Notes: generated from the letters alone by a model not told the origin. DNA of 64,000 nt from Gammaproteobacteria bacterium (GCA_965238175.1 CBDEGZ010000003.1:288001-352000), one strand, 5' to 3'; shown: positions 51,115 to 61,065, counted from the stretch's first letter. Numbers and translations: made by a program.

Positions 51115-51689
51115 TGTCTAATATTAATTTACTACCTTGGCGTGAAGAGCGTCGTGAAGCACGAAAAAAACATTTCATTGCTTCGCTTGGTATGACAGCT
51201 TTTATGGCGATTGTAGCGATCGCAGTGGGACATCTTTATTTTGACAAATTGATCTCGAATCAAAATAATCGAAATACATTTCTAGAACAGGAAATTTCTG
51301 GACTTGAAGAAGAAATTTCTGAGATTAGAAGTTTGGAAAAAGAAAAAAGTAGTCTGATTGCGAGAATGCGTGCGATTGAAACCTTACAAACAAGTCGACC
51401 GTTAGTCGTCCATTTGTTTGATGAGCTTGTTACGAGTTTACCGGAAGGAATTTACATTACTGAAATACAGCAACATTCTGAGGTTTTAACAATAAAAGGT
51501 TCAGCACAGTCAAATGCACGTGTTTCAAATTTCATGCGTAATCTTGAAGCTTCTAAATGGTTAACAGGCGCAACGTTAGAGATCATTGAAAGTAAAGAAG
51601 AAACACGAGATCGCTCTAACAAATTTACCTTAAAGATCCAGCAGGTGCCTGTTCATATAGAGGAAGGTTCCGGGGAGGTTGAATCATGA
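51114..51689 (+). CDS. pilN: Type IV pilus assembly protein PilN
   Basis: INLLPWRE, G.AQSNARVSNFMRNL. Confidence 0.95.
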   Translation: MSNINLLPWREERREARKKHFIASLGMTAFMAIVAIAVGHLYFDKLISNQNNRNTFLEQEISGLEEEISEIRSLEKEKSSLIARMRAIETLQTSRPLVVHLFDELVTSLPEGIYITEIQQHSEVLTIKGSAQSNARVSNFMRNLEASKWLTGATLEIIESKEETRDRSNKFTLKIQQVPVHIEEGSGEVES

Positions 51690-52312
51690 ATATGGATACG
51701 ATCAACAACCTTGATTTTGATGATGTCGGCAGTTGGCCATCATCTGTAAAACTAATTTCAGCAATACTATTGTTCGTCATTATCGTTTCGGGAGGCTGGT
51801 GGTTCCACCACAAAGATCAAAATGGGCAGCTCGAACTTGTTAAAGAAGAAGAGCAAAAATTAAAGACAACCTTCGAATTTAAACAGAAAAAAGCAGCCAA
51901 TTTAGATGCGTTGAAGCAACAGCTGGAAGATATTAAACAGTCCTTTGGTGATTTGCTTAAAAGGTTACCGGATAAAACCGAAGTCGCAGGTTTACTGGTT
52001 GATATTTCTCAACAAGGCCTTGGTTCAGGTCTTGAATTTGAATTGTTCAAACCAGGCAAAGAGAAGCAAACCGATTTTTATGTTGAGTTACCTATTCAGA
52101 TCCGAGTGGCGGGTGAGTATCACTCATTTGGACAGTTTGTCAGCGGTGTTGCCGATTTGCCAAGAATTGTGACGCAACATGACATCAGAATTTATAAAGA
52201 AGATAAACAGAAGGATGTTGAGCAAAGACTCATTATGGAGAGTGTCGCGAAAACTTACCGCTACATGGAAGACAAAGATGAAGAAGACACTGAGGAGGTT
52301 GCCGGACAATGA
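51686..52312 (+). CDS. pilO: Type IV pilus assembly protein PilO
   Basis: GSWP, LPDKTEV, FYVELPI, LPRIVT, AKTYRY. Confidence 0.95.
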   Translation: MNMDTINNLDFDDVGSWPSSVKLISAILLFVIIVSGGWWFHHKDQNGQLELVKEEEQKLKTTFEFKQKKAANLDALKQQLEDIKQSFGDLLKRLPDKTEVAGLLVDISQQGLGSGLEFELFKPGKEKQTDFYVELPIQIRVAGEYHSFGQFVSGVADLPRIVTQHDIRIYKEDKQKDVEQRLIMESVAKTYRYMEDKDEEDTEEVAGQ

Positions 52313-52854
52313 ATAAACGACTCCTGGCAATATTTGGAACAAGCTTTTTATTAGGTGGTTGTATCTCTGATGATATGGCCGGTCTGCATGTGTATGTTGA
52401 CGAAGTGAAAGGACGTAAAGGTGGTTATATAGAACCGTTACCTGAGATCAAACCTGTGGAGCGATATTTATATCAATCCGTAGATAAGCGAGATCCGTTT
52501 TCTTCCAGTTATCGAGAGAAGGATGAGGCTGAATCGGTCGTGATCAATTCAGAGCAACAGCGAAAGTTACATCGAGAGATAAGAGAGCGAAATAAAGAAG
52601 AGCTTGAGCATTTTGAGTTGGATAGTCTTCGTTTAGTAGGAACCTTAGAACAATCTAAAGGCTTGTGGGGAATTGTGAAGGATCCAGAAGGTACTATCCA
52701 CAGAGTTAAAGCGGGGAATTATCTGGGTAGGAATTACGGCAAAATTATGTCTGTTTCCGAAGAGAAAATTGAGCTAAGAGAAATTATTAAAGATTTGCAG
52801 GGAGCCTGGGAAGAAAGACCGGCGTCCATCGCATTATTAGATGATGAAGTATGA
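52309..52854 (+). CDS. pilP: Type IV pilus assembly lipoprotein PilP
   Basis: Lipobox LGGC, IEPLP, RDPF, GNYLGRNYG. Confidence 0.95.
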   Translation: MNKRLLAIFGTSFLLGGCISDDMAGLHVYVDEVKGRKGGYIEPLPEIKPVERYLYQSVDKRDPFSSSYREKDEAESVVINSEQQRKLHREIRERNKEELEHFELDSLRLVGTLEQSKGLWGIVKDPEGTIHRVKAGNYLGRNYGKIMSVSEEKIELREIIKDLQGAWEERPASIALLDDEV

Positions 52855-52881
52855 CGGAATGTATAAAGGGGCACAAAGAAA

Positions 52882-55056
52882 ATGAATATCAACATATTAC
52901 GAACTAAAATCAACAGTCATCAAATGATCGAGAAGCGCGATATTTTAATGATTGGTCTTCTACTCTTTTTGCAAATCGTATTTTTGCAAAATGTGCTTGC
53001 TGGACCAACGCTAAGTGATATTGGATTTGTTTCTTTGCCAAGTGAACGAGTTCAAATCCGAATGGATTTTTCCGAGGCGTTACAAAAAGAACCTCTCAGC
53101 TTCACTATTGATAATCCCCCAAGGATTGCTCTTGATTTCCTAGGAGCTACGCTAGGTTTGAAAGATAAAACTCAATCTATAGGTATTGGCTCTGCACATA
53201 GTGTTACCGCTGTTCAGGCTAGTGGTCGTACTCGTGTTGTATTTAATCTTAAACAAATGGTTCCCTACGAGTTAAAGGTTACTGGCAATTCTGTGATTTT
53301 GACTTTGGGTAGTACAAAGGCAACGACTACAGCAGGCCTAAGTAATCTGGTGGCTAAAAATGATAGCCAGTCAGCCTCAATGGCAACGCAGCCGACAAAG
53401 AGCATGGCGAGACCCACTGCTCCACATATCGAAAATATCGATTTTCGCCGTGGCTCTAAAGGAGAAGGCCGTGTGATTATTACCTTATCGGATTCGACTA
53501 TTAATCCAGATATCAGAGAAAAAGCAGGCAAGATAAATATCGATTTCAAGGGTGCAACTTTGCCTGCGAATCTTGATCGCAAATTAGATGTGCTTGACTT
53601 TTCTACGCCGATCACAGAAATCAATACATTCCCGTACAAGGGTGGTACACGCATGGTCGTCACACCTCAGGGACATTATGAGCACCTGGCATATCAATCT
53701 GATGATCAATTAACAATTGAAGTGAAACCCTTATCTAAAAAGGAAAAGGAAGAACTGAAAAAAGACAAGTTTGGATACGTGGGTGAGAAACTTTCTCTCA
53801 ATTTTCAAAACATTGAAGTTCGAGCCGTTCTACAATTGATTGCAGACTTTACCGGTTTGAATATGGTTGCCAGTGATACCGTGGAGGGGACGGTTACATT
53901 GAGGTTGAAAAACGTTCCCTGGGATCAAGCGTTGGATATCATCTTGAAATCCAAAGGATTAGATATGCGTAAAAACGGTAATGTCATCATGGTTGCTCCT
54001 TCGGAAGAAATAGCGACCTATGAAAAATTGGAGCTTGAAGCAAGCCTGGCACTTGAAGAGTTGGCTCCACTACATACTGAATTTATGCAGATCAATTATG
54101 CAAAAGCAGCAGATATAGCGGATTTGTTAAAAGACGAGTCGAATAATTTGCTTTCAGAACGTGGCAATATCACATTAGACGAGCGTACTAATACTTTGTT
54201 AGTGCAAGATACTGCAACAAAGTTGGAAGATATGTACAAGGTGATTTCGACTCTGGATATTCCAGTGAGACAAGTTTTGATCGAGTCTCGAGTGGTCATT
54301 GCGGATGAAGATTTTTCCAAAGATCTTGGTGTTCGATTTGGTTTGAGTTATAACTCACTTGATCAAGATAATAATGTTGGAGCATTAATTGGTGGTCGTC
54401 GTGGCGGTGATACAGGCGGCTTGGGTACAGCATTTGGAGAAGGTGAAGCAGGTAGCGGTCTTAATGAGCATTATATAGTTAACTTGCCTGCGGCTGCTCC
54501 AAATGCCGGTTCAATTGGTCTTGCTTTAGGTAAGATTGGTAGTCACCTACTGCATTTGGAATTATCTGCCTTGCAACAAGAAGGCCGTGGTGAAGTGGTT
54601 TCAAGCCCCCGTGTCATAACGGCTAACCAAAAAGAAGCTGTGATTGAACAAGGTACAGAAATTCCATACCAAGAATCTACCTCTAGCGGTGCAACTTCAA
54701 CATCATTCAAAAAAGCTGTATTAAGTTTGCGTGTAACACCACAGATTACACCAGATGACCGCATCATTATGGATCTCACGGTGAATAAAGATGCAGTTGG
54801 TGAAGTTTTTAATAATATTCCGAGTATCGACACACAGAAGGTTCAGACACAGGTGTTGGTTGACAATGGTGAGACGGTCGTTTTGGGTGGTGTGTTTTCA
54901 CAGACAAGACGAAATGAAGTTGATCGAGTGCCATTTTTCAGTGACCTTCCTTATTTGGGTTGGATGTTTAAAGGCACTCACGTTGAGAATGACAAAAATG
55001 AATTACTGATCTTCGTAACACCAAAGATTCTTAAGGACAGTATAACCTCCCGTTAA
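52882..55056 (+). CDS. pilQ: Type IV pilus secretin PilQ
   Basis: AMIN domains, LSLNFQNIEVRAVLQ, VPWDQALD, QVLIESR, NGETVVLGG, ELLIFVTPKI. Confidence 0.97.
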   Translation: MNINILRTKINSHQMIEKRDILMIGLLLFLQIVFLQNVLAGPTLSDIGFVSLPSERVQIRMDFSEALQKEPLSFTIDNPPRIALDFLGATLGLKDKTQSIGIGSAHSVTAVQASGRTRVVFNLKQMVPYELKVTGNSVILTLGSTKATTTAGLSNLVAKNDSQSASMATQPTKSMARPTAPHIENIDFRRGSKGEGRVIITLSDSTINPDIREKAGKINIDFKGATLPANLDRKLDVLDFSTPITEINTFPYKGGTRMVVTPQGHYEHLAYQSDDQLTIEVKPLSKKEKEELKKDKFGYVGEKLSLNFQNIEVRAVLQLIADFTGLNMVASDTVEGTVTLRLKNVPWDQALDIILKSKGLDMRKNGNVIMVAPSEEIATYEKLELEASLALEELAPLHTEFMQINYAKAADIADLLKDESNNLLSERGNITLDERTNTLLVQDTATKLEDMYKVISTLDIPVRQVLIESRVVIADEDFSKDLGVRFGLSYNSLDQDNNVGALIGGRRGGDTGGLGTAFGEGEAGSGLNEHYIVNLPAAAPNAGSIGLALGKIGSHLLHLELSALQQEGRGEVVSSPRVITANQKEAVIEQGTEIPYQESTSSGATSTSFKKAVLSLRVTPQITPDDRIIMDLTVNKDAVGEVFNNIPSIDTQKVQTQVLVDNGETVVLGGVFSQTRRNEVDRVPFFSDLPYLGWMFKGTHVENDKNELLIFVTPKILKDSITSR

Positions 55057-55071
55057 TACAAACCTTTCAAC

Positions 55072-56297
55072 TGTAGAAGTTTAGACCCAATCTGACACAT
55101 CACTAAATCAAGCGGAGCGTAGCGACGCTTGATTTAGTGAGAGTTACCCGCTTTGATGTAACTGCAACGTAAACATCAAAACACAAAGAGGTAACTCTCA
55201 TGATTCATACTAATGACAAAGTTATAAAACATAAAGTTGGTCTACTCAATCTCGCTGAAGAACTCGGCAATGTCTCAAAAGCCTGCAAGATGATGGGTTT
55301 GTCCAGAGATACATTTTATCGCTACAAAGAAGCGGCTGATGAAGGCGGTGTAGAAGCCTTGTTTGATCGTAATCGGCGTACCCCAAATCTTAAAAACAGA
55401 ATCGACCCGGCTATTGAAACCGTTGTGCTCGAGTATGCACTGGAAGAGCCCGCACATGGTCAAACGCGCACCAGTAACGAGCTGCGCAAACGGGGAACAT
55501 TTGTCTCACCCAGTGGCGTTCGTTGTATCTGGCTTCGTCATGGTCTTGCTTGCTTTAAAGATCGCCTGAAGGCATTGTCTGATAAGGTAGCTGGTGAAGG
55601 CTTGATCCTCACTGAGTCTCAAGTCGCGGCGATGGAACGCAAGAAAGACGACGATGAGGCTTGTGGCGAGATAGAGACGGCACACCCTGGTTATCTTGGC
55701 TCGCAAGATACTTACTATGTCGGTACTTTCAAAGGCATTGGTCGGGTTTATCAACAAACGTTTGTTGATACTTACAGCAAGGTCGCTCACGCGAAACTGT
55801 ACCCGACTAAAACACCGATTACGGCAGCTGACATGCTCAATGACCGCGTCCTCCCATTCTACGAAGAACAACGTTTGCCTATGTTGCGCATTTTGACAGA
55901 TAGAGGGACGGAGTATTGTGGGCGAGCTGACCAGCATGATTATCAGCTTTATATGGCGTTGAACAATATCGAACACACCAAAACCAAGGTCAAATCACCT
56001 CAGACGAATGGTATTTGTGAGCGATTCCATAAGACGATCCTCAATGAGTTTTATCAAGTCGCTTTGCGTAAGAAAATTTACCAATCGATTGATGAACTGC
56101 AACTCGACCTTGACGAATGGTTGCTCAAATACAATACTCAACGAACTCACCAAGGCAAAATGTGCTGCGGGAGGACGCCGATGGAAACACTCATCGACGG
56201 ACAAGCTATCTGGAAGGAAAAGTTTTTGAACTAAACTTAACCTGACAGTCAGTTACAGAAAAAGGGGTAACTGTCAGATCAAGTCTGAATTTCTACA
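55072..56297 (+). mobile_element. IS481-family insertion sequence, copy 2 (1226 bp)
   Basis: TGTAGAAG...TTTCTACA ends; inverted relative to copy 1; no target duplication. Confidence 0.93.
55200..56234 (+). CDS. IS481-family transposase
   Basis: Identical protein to copy 1 except the penultimate residue (FLN vs FVN). Confidence 0.95.
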   Translation: MIHTNDKVIKHKVGLLNLAEELGNVSKACKMMGLSRDTFYRYKEAADEGGVEALFDRNRRTPNLKNRIDPAIETVVLEYALEEPAHGQTRTSNELRKRGTFVSPSGVRCIWLRHGLACFKDRLKALSDKVAGEGLILTESQVAAMERKKDDDEACGEIETAHPGYLGSQDTYYVGTFKGIGRVYQQTFVDTYSKVAHAKLYPTKTPITAADMLNDRVLPFYEEQRLPMLRILTDRGTEYCGRADQHDYQLYMALNNIEHTKTKVKSPQTNGICERFHKTILNEFYQVALRKKIYQSIDELQLDLDEWLLKYNTQRTHQGKMCCGRTPMETLIDGQAIWKEKFLN

Positions 56298-56358
56298 TCT
56301 GATGACATTTCAAACTCCTCCTCTATATTGAAGTCAGACCATAGTTGAAAAATATGTT

Positions 56359-56508
56359 TCACATCTTATGGAACACATGAGCTATGGCTGCGTATAAGTA
56401 TAGACAATCTTTATAATCTAACTCAGGATTATTTATCAGAGCGACTGCGTAATCTGCTATCAAATTCACATTCTTTATTTCATTTTGTAATCCATTATTC
56501 TCCGTCAT
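56359..56508 (-). CDS. Small hypothetical protein (49 aa) overlapping the terS end
   Basis: Manual translation MTENNGLQNEIKNVNLIADYAVALINNPELDYKDCLYLYAAIAHVFHKM. Confidence 0.3.
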   Translation of the reverse strand: MTENNGLQNEIKNVNLIADYAVALINNPELDYKDCLYLYAAIAHVFHKM

Positions 56509-56920
56509 TTATATTCTCACTTTTTGCAATAACCATATTAATTGTAGGCACTAACGCTTCAATTGAACCTGTCGTATCTACCTTATCCATGAATAATTTT
56601 AAGTGCTTTCCTAAAAGCTCTAATGACTTGTTGCTATCACTTATTTTGCCATTTTCTCTAGCAATACCATGATTCTCTTTCAGTTGCTCTAGTACCCATT
56701 CAGCCGTTATCTGTGTACGTTCTGAGCGTTCTTTCATTGCTTCTTGAATCGCTTTTGCGACATTAGGTTTTGTTAAGTTTTCACAACCAATCTCTTTAGC
56801 GGTATCTTTACTATACCCAGCCCTTATTGCTGCCTGTGTAGCGTTTAGGTCAATTAGGTATTCTTCTACAAACGTTTGTTGCTTGTTGGTTAATCCTTGT
56901 AGGTTTGCTTCTTGATTCAT
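56495..56920 (-). CDS. terS: Terminase small subunit (Terminase_2 type)
   Basis: LTNKQQTFVEEYLIDLNATQAAIRAGYS..TA..IG.ENL.KP, ELLGKHL.LF. Confidence 0.93.
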   Translation of the reverse strand: MNQEANLQGLTNKQQTFVEEYLIDLNATQAAIRAGYSKDTAKEIGCENLTKPNVAKAIQEAMKERSERTQITAEWVLEQLKENHGIARENGKISDSNKSLELLGKHLKLFMDKVDTTGSIEALVPTINMVIAKSENINDGE

Positions 56921-56948
56921 ACTATTTTTTCCATTTGCCTATCACTGT

Positions 56949-58580
56949 TCAGGGCTCTTGTAGCTGCTCATTAACCCGCCCTGAATTCATTAACGCCTGA
57001 ATCAATGCTGTTTTCTTGGGATCATTATTAAGGTATTGCTTTACACTCCCTTTTTTCATAAGACTATCTGCTAGTAGCGCAGCTTTCGCTTTCACCTTTG
57101 GCTTATCAAATGTATTTAGTACGTAACCTAAAGCAGCACCACTTGGGCCGCCAATGCTATAACCGGCAGCAGGATTCAACAGGGTTGTTAAAGAACTATT
57201 ATTTAAGTTCTCAATACGATTTGATTTCTGCTCTAACTGTTTCGATAGTGCCAATAGAAGCCCTTCCCTAGCGTTTAGATCCTTTACCTCAGGAACAATA
57301 TCCTCGAGTTTTTCCTTCGCCGCTTTTGCCATCGCTCGTCGTGTGTCATCTGTGACCTGATTCGACTTTAAGTTCTTCGCATCAAACTTTATCTTCTTGT
57401 AAGCATTAGTTTTAAATTTCTGAAGTTCTGCGGGTGTCAGCGTGTCCTTCCCAATCTTCCTCATATGTTGATCGAAAGTACTAATAACTGAATCAATCGC
57501 GGCTAAATCATGTGGAGCATCAACCTTCGCCCCGCCGTATTGTTTACGTAAATCTTTAAGCTTCGAGTAAAGAACTTCTTTACGAACCTTCTTACCAGAA
57601 TTGGTAGCATTATCGATTAGTCTATGTATCTCTTGGTTAATGTTCGATGTGATACTGTCAATCTTATCCATGCCTTTGTAGGTAGGTGCTATCTGTTCAT
57701 CTAACATTGTTTTGATCATTTTATCTCTATCAGGTCTTGGCGTTGTCGTGTTGAATTTGACCGCACTTGCCATCTGATTATGAGCAAAGTTTTTAGGAAC
57801 CATTTTCCCGGCAGTTACTGTCGCTGTGTTCTTAACAAGGTTTACCGGATCAATAGCTGTCCCAGCCTTAAGCGCCGTTTTACCGAGTAATGGCGCGCCA
57901 CCCGTTAATACTGATGATACGTCTAGCAACGCACCTACCGGATCAGTTTCCAATGTATTAATGATTTCTTGTTTGCCACCGTATCTATTCTTCAATGCGC
58001 CAACTAAGGCGTCAGCATATTTCTCGTTACCTTGCTCTCCAGGTATTGCTTTTTGAAGAGCACCAGTGCCAAGGTTCCAAACGCCTTTCCCTGTCTCAAT
58101 TGGATGGCTTACTGTTTGGTATAAAGCTTTTGCTAGATCGCCGGCACTTGATGGAATGTTTTTAACCATATCCATTCCTGAGAATACCTCTGGGTTATCG
58201 GATTGTTCCTTGCTGTATTCATCCGGTGTTTGTTGCTTGAACCCTGCTGGAAAATTTGAAGGGTCATTAAAAAAGCCTGCCCTTGAACCGTCAGAAGCTC
58301 TTGGATTATTCAGGATGGGTGGGGTTGCTTCTCTAATAATTCCATTAGAAATACTGTCCACTGAATCAGCGCTTTCTTCTAACGGCATTGCCTGTCTTGA
58401 TGGCATTGAAGTCTGTGTGTTTACTGCTTGCTGTGCTTGAGCTGGAGAGGTCGCTTTAAACGATCTAACCTGTTCGATAGTCACGCCCTGAGAAGAGATG
58501 TAAGAATCTATATCACTTTCTGGTGCGCCCATGCCTGCCATCTTTGTAACGTTTCTTTTTATCTTTGCTAAGTCAGTCAT
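56949..58580 (-). CDS. Putative phage internal virion / DNA-ejection protein
   Basis: Ala/Gly/Lys-rich and Cys-free; N-terminal IKRNVTKM..MGAPESDIDSYI; DPVGALLDVSSVLTGGA and AAGYSIGGPSGAALG glycine-rich hydrophobic segments. Confidence 0.5.
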   Translation of the reverse strand: MTDLAKIKRNVTKMAGMGAPESDIDSYISSQGVTIEQVRSFKATSPAQAQQAVNTQTSMPSRQAMPLEESADSVDSISNGIIREATPPILNNPRASDGSRAGFFNDPSNFPAGFKQQTPDEYSKEQSDNPEVFSGMDMVKNIPSSAGDLAKALYQTVSHPIETGKGVWNLGTGALQKAIPGEQGNEKYADALVGALKNRYGGKQEIINTLETDPVGALLDVSSVLTGGAPLLGKTALKAGTAIDPVNLVKNTATVTAGKMVPKNFAHNQMASAVKFNTTTPRPDRDKMIKTMLDEQIAPTYKGMDKIDSITSNINQEIHRLIDNATNSGKKVRKEVLYSKLKDLRKQYGGAKVDAPHDLAAIDSVISTFDQHMRKIGKDTLTPAELQKFKTNAYKKIKFDAKNLKSNQVTDDTRRAMAKAAKEKLEDIVPEVKDLNAREGLLLALSKQLEQKSNRIENLNNSSLTTLLNPAAGYSIGGPSGAALGYVLNTFDKPKVKAKAALLADSLMKKGSVKQYLNNDPKKTALIQALMNSGRVNEQLQEP

Positions 58581-59788
58581 TATTCAAGTCCGTATTTTTC
58601 GTTTAAATTTACTGTGGGTTGTTGTGATGCTTCTGGACGGGCGTTGGGAGTATCAAGCGCATTATGGAAATCATCCATTGTTGGTAATTTGCCATTCCAC
58701 CCTTGTAGTGTGCCGTTCTCCCTGAAGTACTTAGCCGAAGATTGTTTGGCTTCAAAACTAAGCACCATTTGTCTTTCGAGATTCTCTAAGCGTCTGATAT
58801 TCTCAGACTCTTGAAGGTTCTCGTTATAAGCACGTGCAATCAGTTTATCCCCTTCGTTTTCTGTATATTGCGGACCCAATAATTCCCTTAAGTTTCTTTG
58901 AACGACCTCTTCAACCCGTTCCCTGTTATTAATTGATTCGGGGTTTGTGAATTTCCTGATTGAGTCGGGGATCGAACCAACAATAGGCCCAGTTAGATTG
59001 TCACTATTTTTTAATGCTTCCGTCGCCTCTTTGATCTGATTAATGTTTTTAACTTGGGACGACGCGCCACCTGTGGTGAAGTCAACATGCTTCGCAGCAT
59101 AAACTTGATCGGTTTTCTCTTGGCCTTTCGTTTGATCGTAACCAAGCCCTACGTTATTAACCGTCCTTGCGGCCCCTGCTGCTGAAATAGCGGCTTTTTG
59201 TTGAACCTGCTGAGGCGTCATCACTGCGTCAGGCCGCGAGCTTACTTCACCTGTAAACACATTCCTTTGACCGATTACATTACCGTTATTATCATGTACA
59301 GGAACGATTTGTGATTCCCGCCCCCTCAATTCATGATCGAATTGGGCCGTCTGTTTATGAGTATTGAAGCCGGCATCCCTTTCCTGTTGCTTTGCATATC
59401 CATCTAATTTCATTTGTGCCACGAGGCGCGGATGAGTTTGAACAATACTATCGACGAGTACTTGATATCCTGCGCCTGCTCCACCGCCCTCAAACTGACC
59501 AGTCTCTGGATTCAATGTTCCTTTTTCGGCTTCCTTGGATTTCTGTATGGCTGCTACAAGCGCTTGCTTTCGTACCGATTCCTTTTCCTGTTCCTCGCCC
59601 CTTATTTTGCTTGCCTGATAAGCGCCGACACCTGCTTGTGCAACTCTTGCCAAACCCTCAACAACTGAACCTACCGGCTCTGTTGAAGTCCCTCGTTGTT
59701 GTAATGCCTGCGCGAGTGCAAGCCTATGCTGTACTTGTTGCTGTGGCGCTTGCTGCTCTTCACCGAAGAAGCTAACTGTTCTGCTCAT
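58580..59788 (-). CDS. Putative phage internal virion / DNA-ejection protein
   Basis: Gln/Ala-rich and Cys-free; RLALAQALQQRG..PVGSVVEGLARVAQAGVGAY N-terminus; coupled to the next gene (TAATG). Confidence 0.5.
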   Translation of the reverse strand: MSRTVSFFGEEQQAPQQQVQHRLALAQALQQRGTSTEPVGSVVEGLARVAQAGVGAYQASKIRGEEQEKESVRKQALVAAIQKSKEAEKGTLNPETGQFEGGGAGAGYQVLVDSIVQTHPRLVAQMKLDGYAKQQERDAGFNTHKQTAQFDHELRGRESQIVPVHDNNGNVIGQRNVFTGEVSSRPDAVMTPQQVQQKAAISAAGAARTVNNVGLGYDQTKGQEKTDQVYAAKHVDFTTGGASSQVKNINQIKEATEALKNSDNLTGPIVGSIPDSIRKFTNPESINNRERVEEVVQRNLRELLGPQYTENEGDKLIARAYNENLQESENIRRLENLERQMVLSFEAKQSSAKYFRENGTLQGWNGKLPTMDDFHNALDTPNARPEASQQPTVNLNEKYGLE

Positions 59789-59892
59789 TTTCTTTTCCTC
59801 TTTCAGTTCCTACTTGTTAATAAGTTGTTTCTTTATGTCCTGCTTTAATCGTTAACCCTATGGTAGATCTAAGAAGGAACACGTATAGCGTG

Positions 59893-60477
59893 TCAGTGAT
59901 ATTGTTTTATCGACACGTCTGTCGTGTCATAAACCGTGTTTTTGGCTACTTTTTGGGGTGGTGGATGGGTCTTTAACACGTATAACGTGTCGGCAGGTGA
60001 CGATATACGTGTTCGTGACTTTAATTTTGCATCGCCTTTCTTTAACTGATTTCTTCTTGGTTTTGCCCAAATGGACACTTCTTTTTTCCAATCATTTGAG
60101 GGAATGTTTGTTTCGGGTATATCCAGTTTTCCATTACATTCATTGATAGCAAAAAAGGTAATCCCATAGAGCGTCGGGATCTTTAATCCACCTTGTCTTG
60201 TTTGGACAATCCACCTATAGTGAAGCAACTCTTTTTTAGCATTCCCTAGCGTTTCACGTGACTTCCAGCCGCGCTTTTCCATGATTGTCCAAACGGCGCA
60301 CAAGTCCCCATTGTTAACGACCCCACCAGATTTAAATCTAAGCTGACTTATCAGATCAAAAAGTAACTTACATCCTGAAGTAGTCAACAAGAAAAAGTTT
60401 TTGTGGTTTAAAACACTTGCAGGGAGAGCAATAAACGCTCCCCCTTCACGGCGATTCTTGGCATTCCGTCTATTCAT
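59893..60477 (-). CDS. Phage/satellite winged-HTH protein, possible replication initiator
   Basis: FIALPASVL, NNGDL, RGWKSRETL..AKKELL...TRQGG..PTLY pattern seen in prophage replication regions. Confidence 0.45.
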   Translation of the reverse strand: MNRRNAKNRREGGAFIALPASVLNHKNFFLLTTSGCKLLFDLISQLRFKSGGVVNNGDLCAVWTIMEKRGWKSRETLGNAKKELLHYRWIVQTRQGGLKIPTLYGITFFAINECNGKLDIPETNIPSNDWKKEVSIWAKPRRNQLKKGDAKLKSRTRISSPADTLYVLKTHPPPQKVAKNTVYDTTDVSIKQYH

Positions 60478-60809
60478 TTAGCTGCCTCCGTGATCTTCTG
60501 AGCTTTTAGCAAATTGAAATCATCAAGCCAGTAGCGTTTTACCTCAGTGGTCTTTGTTCCATTGACACAAGGTACAGTTTCAAACTTTCTTCTGATCTGT
60601 ATACCAAGCTCCTCAATCTTGCTGATGGTGCTATTCAGGCATGTCTCATTTAGAGATCTAATTGCATCAAACCTGTTCAATGATCTTCCTTCCGCAAAAG
60701 CCGAAAGAACACCGAACATTTTTGTATCTCTTTTGATGATAGGTATGTTAAAATTCAGTTCCGGCGCTGAATTGGCTACCCCTTCGGGGGTAATCGATTT
60801 ATCTTTCAT
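60474..60809 (-). CDS. Small HTH DNA-binding protein
   Basis: GRSLNRFDA...CLNSTISKI..GIQI.R...KRYWL; typical of the gene following alpA. Confidence 0.55.
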   Translation of the reverse strand: MKDKSITPEGVANSAPELNFNIPIIKRDTKMFGVLSAFAEGRSLNRFDAIRSLNETCLNSTISKIEELGIQIRRKFETVPCVNGTKTTEVKRYWLDDFNLLKAQKITEAAK

Positions 60810-60821
60810 CTCTCCACCTCC

Positions 60822-61019
60822 TTATGCGACTTCATTACACGAAGCATTGATTCGATCATAAATCCAAGTATCAACTTGAGATTCAACCCAGCCTGAAGCT
60901 CGACGGCCTAAACTAATTTGCTTCGGGAATTCTTTGTTACGGATTTTTTCGTATATTGAAGAACGTGATAAACCAGTTCTTTTTGTTACGTCTTTTAATC
61001 TTAGAATTGTTTCAGTCAT
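60822..61019 (-). CDS. alpA: AlpA-family regulator / excisionase
   Basis: ILRLKDVTKRTGLSRSSIY...FPKQISLG.RASGW.ES.V..WI. Confidence 0.93.
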   Translation of the reverse strand: MTETILRLKDVTKRTGLSRSSIYEKIRNKEFPKQISLGRRASGWVESQVDTWIYDRINASCNEVA

Positions 61020-61065
61020 TGATAATCACCTTTGGTTGTTAATGGTGATTAGAAATATAATGACT

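Noticed and set aside
15029-56297. Composite transposon bounded by the two IS481 copies
   Set aside because: The interior is mostly core genes, and the outer flanks (TTTATA / TCTGAT) share no target duplication.
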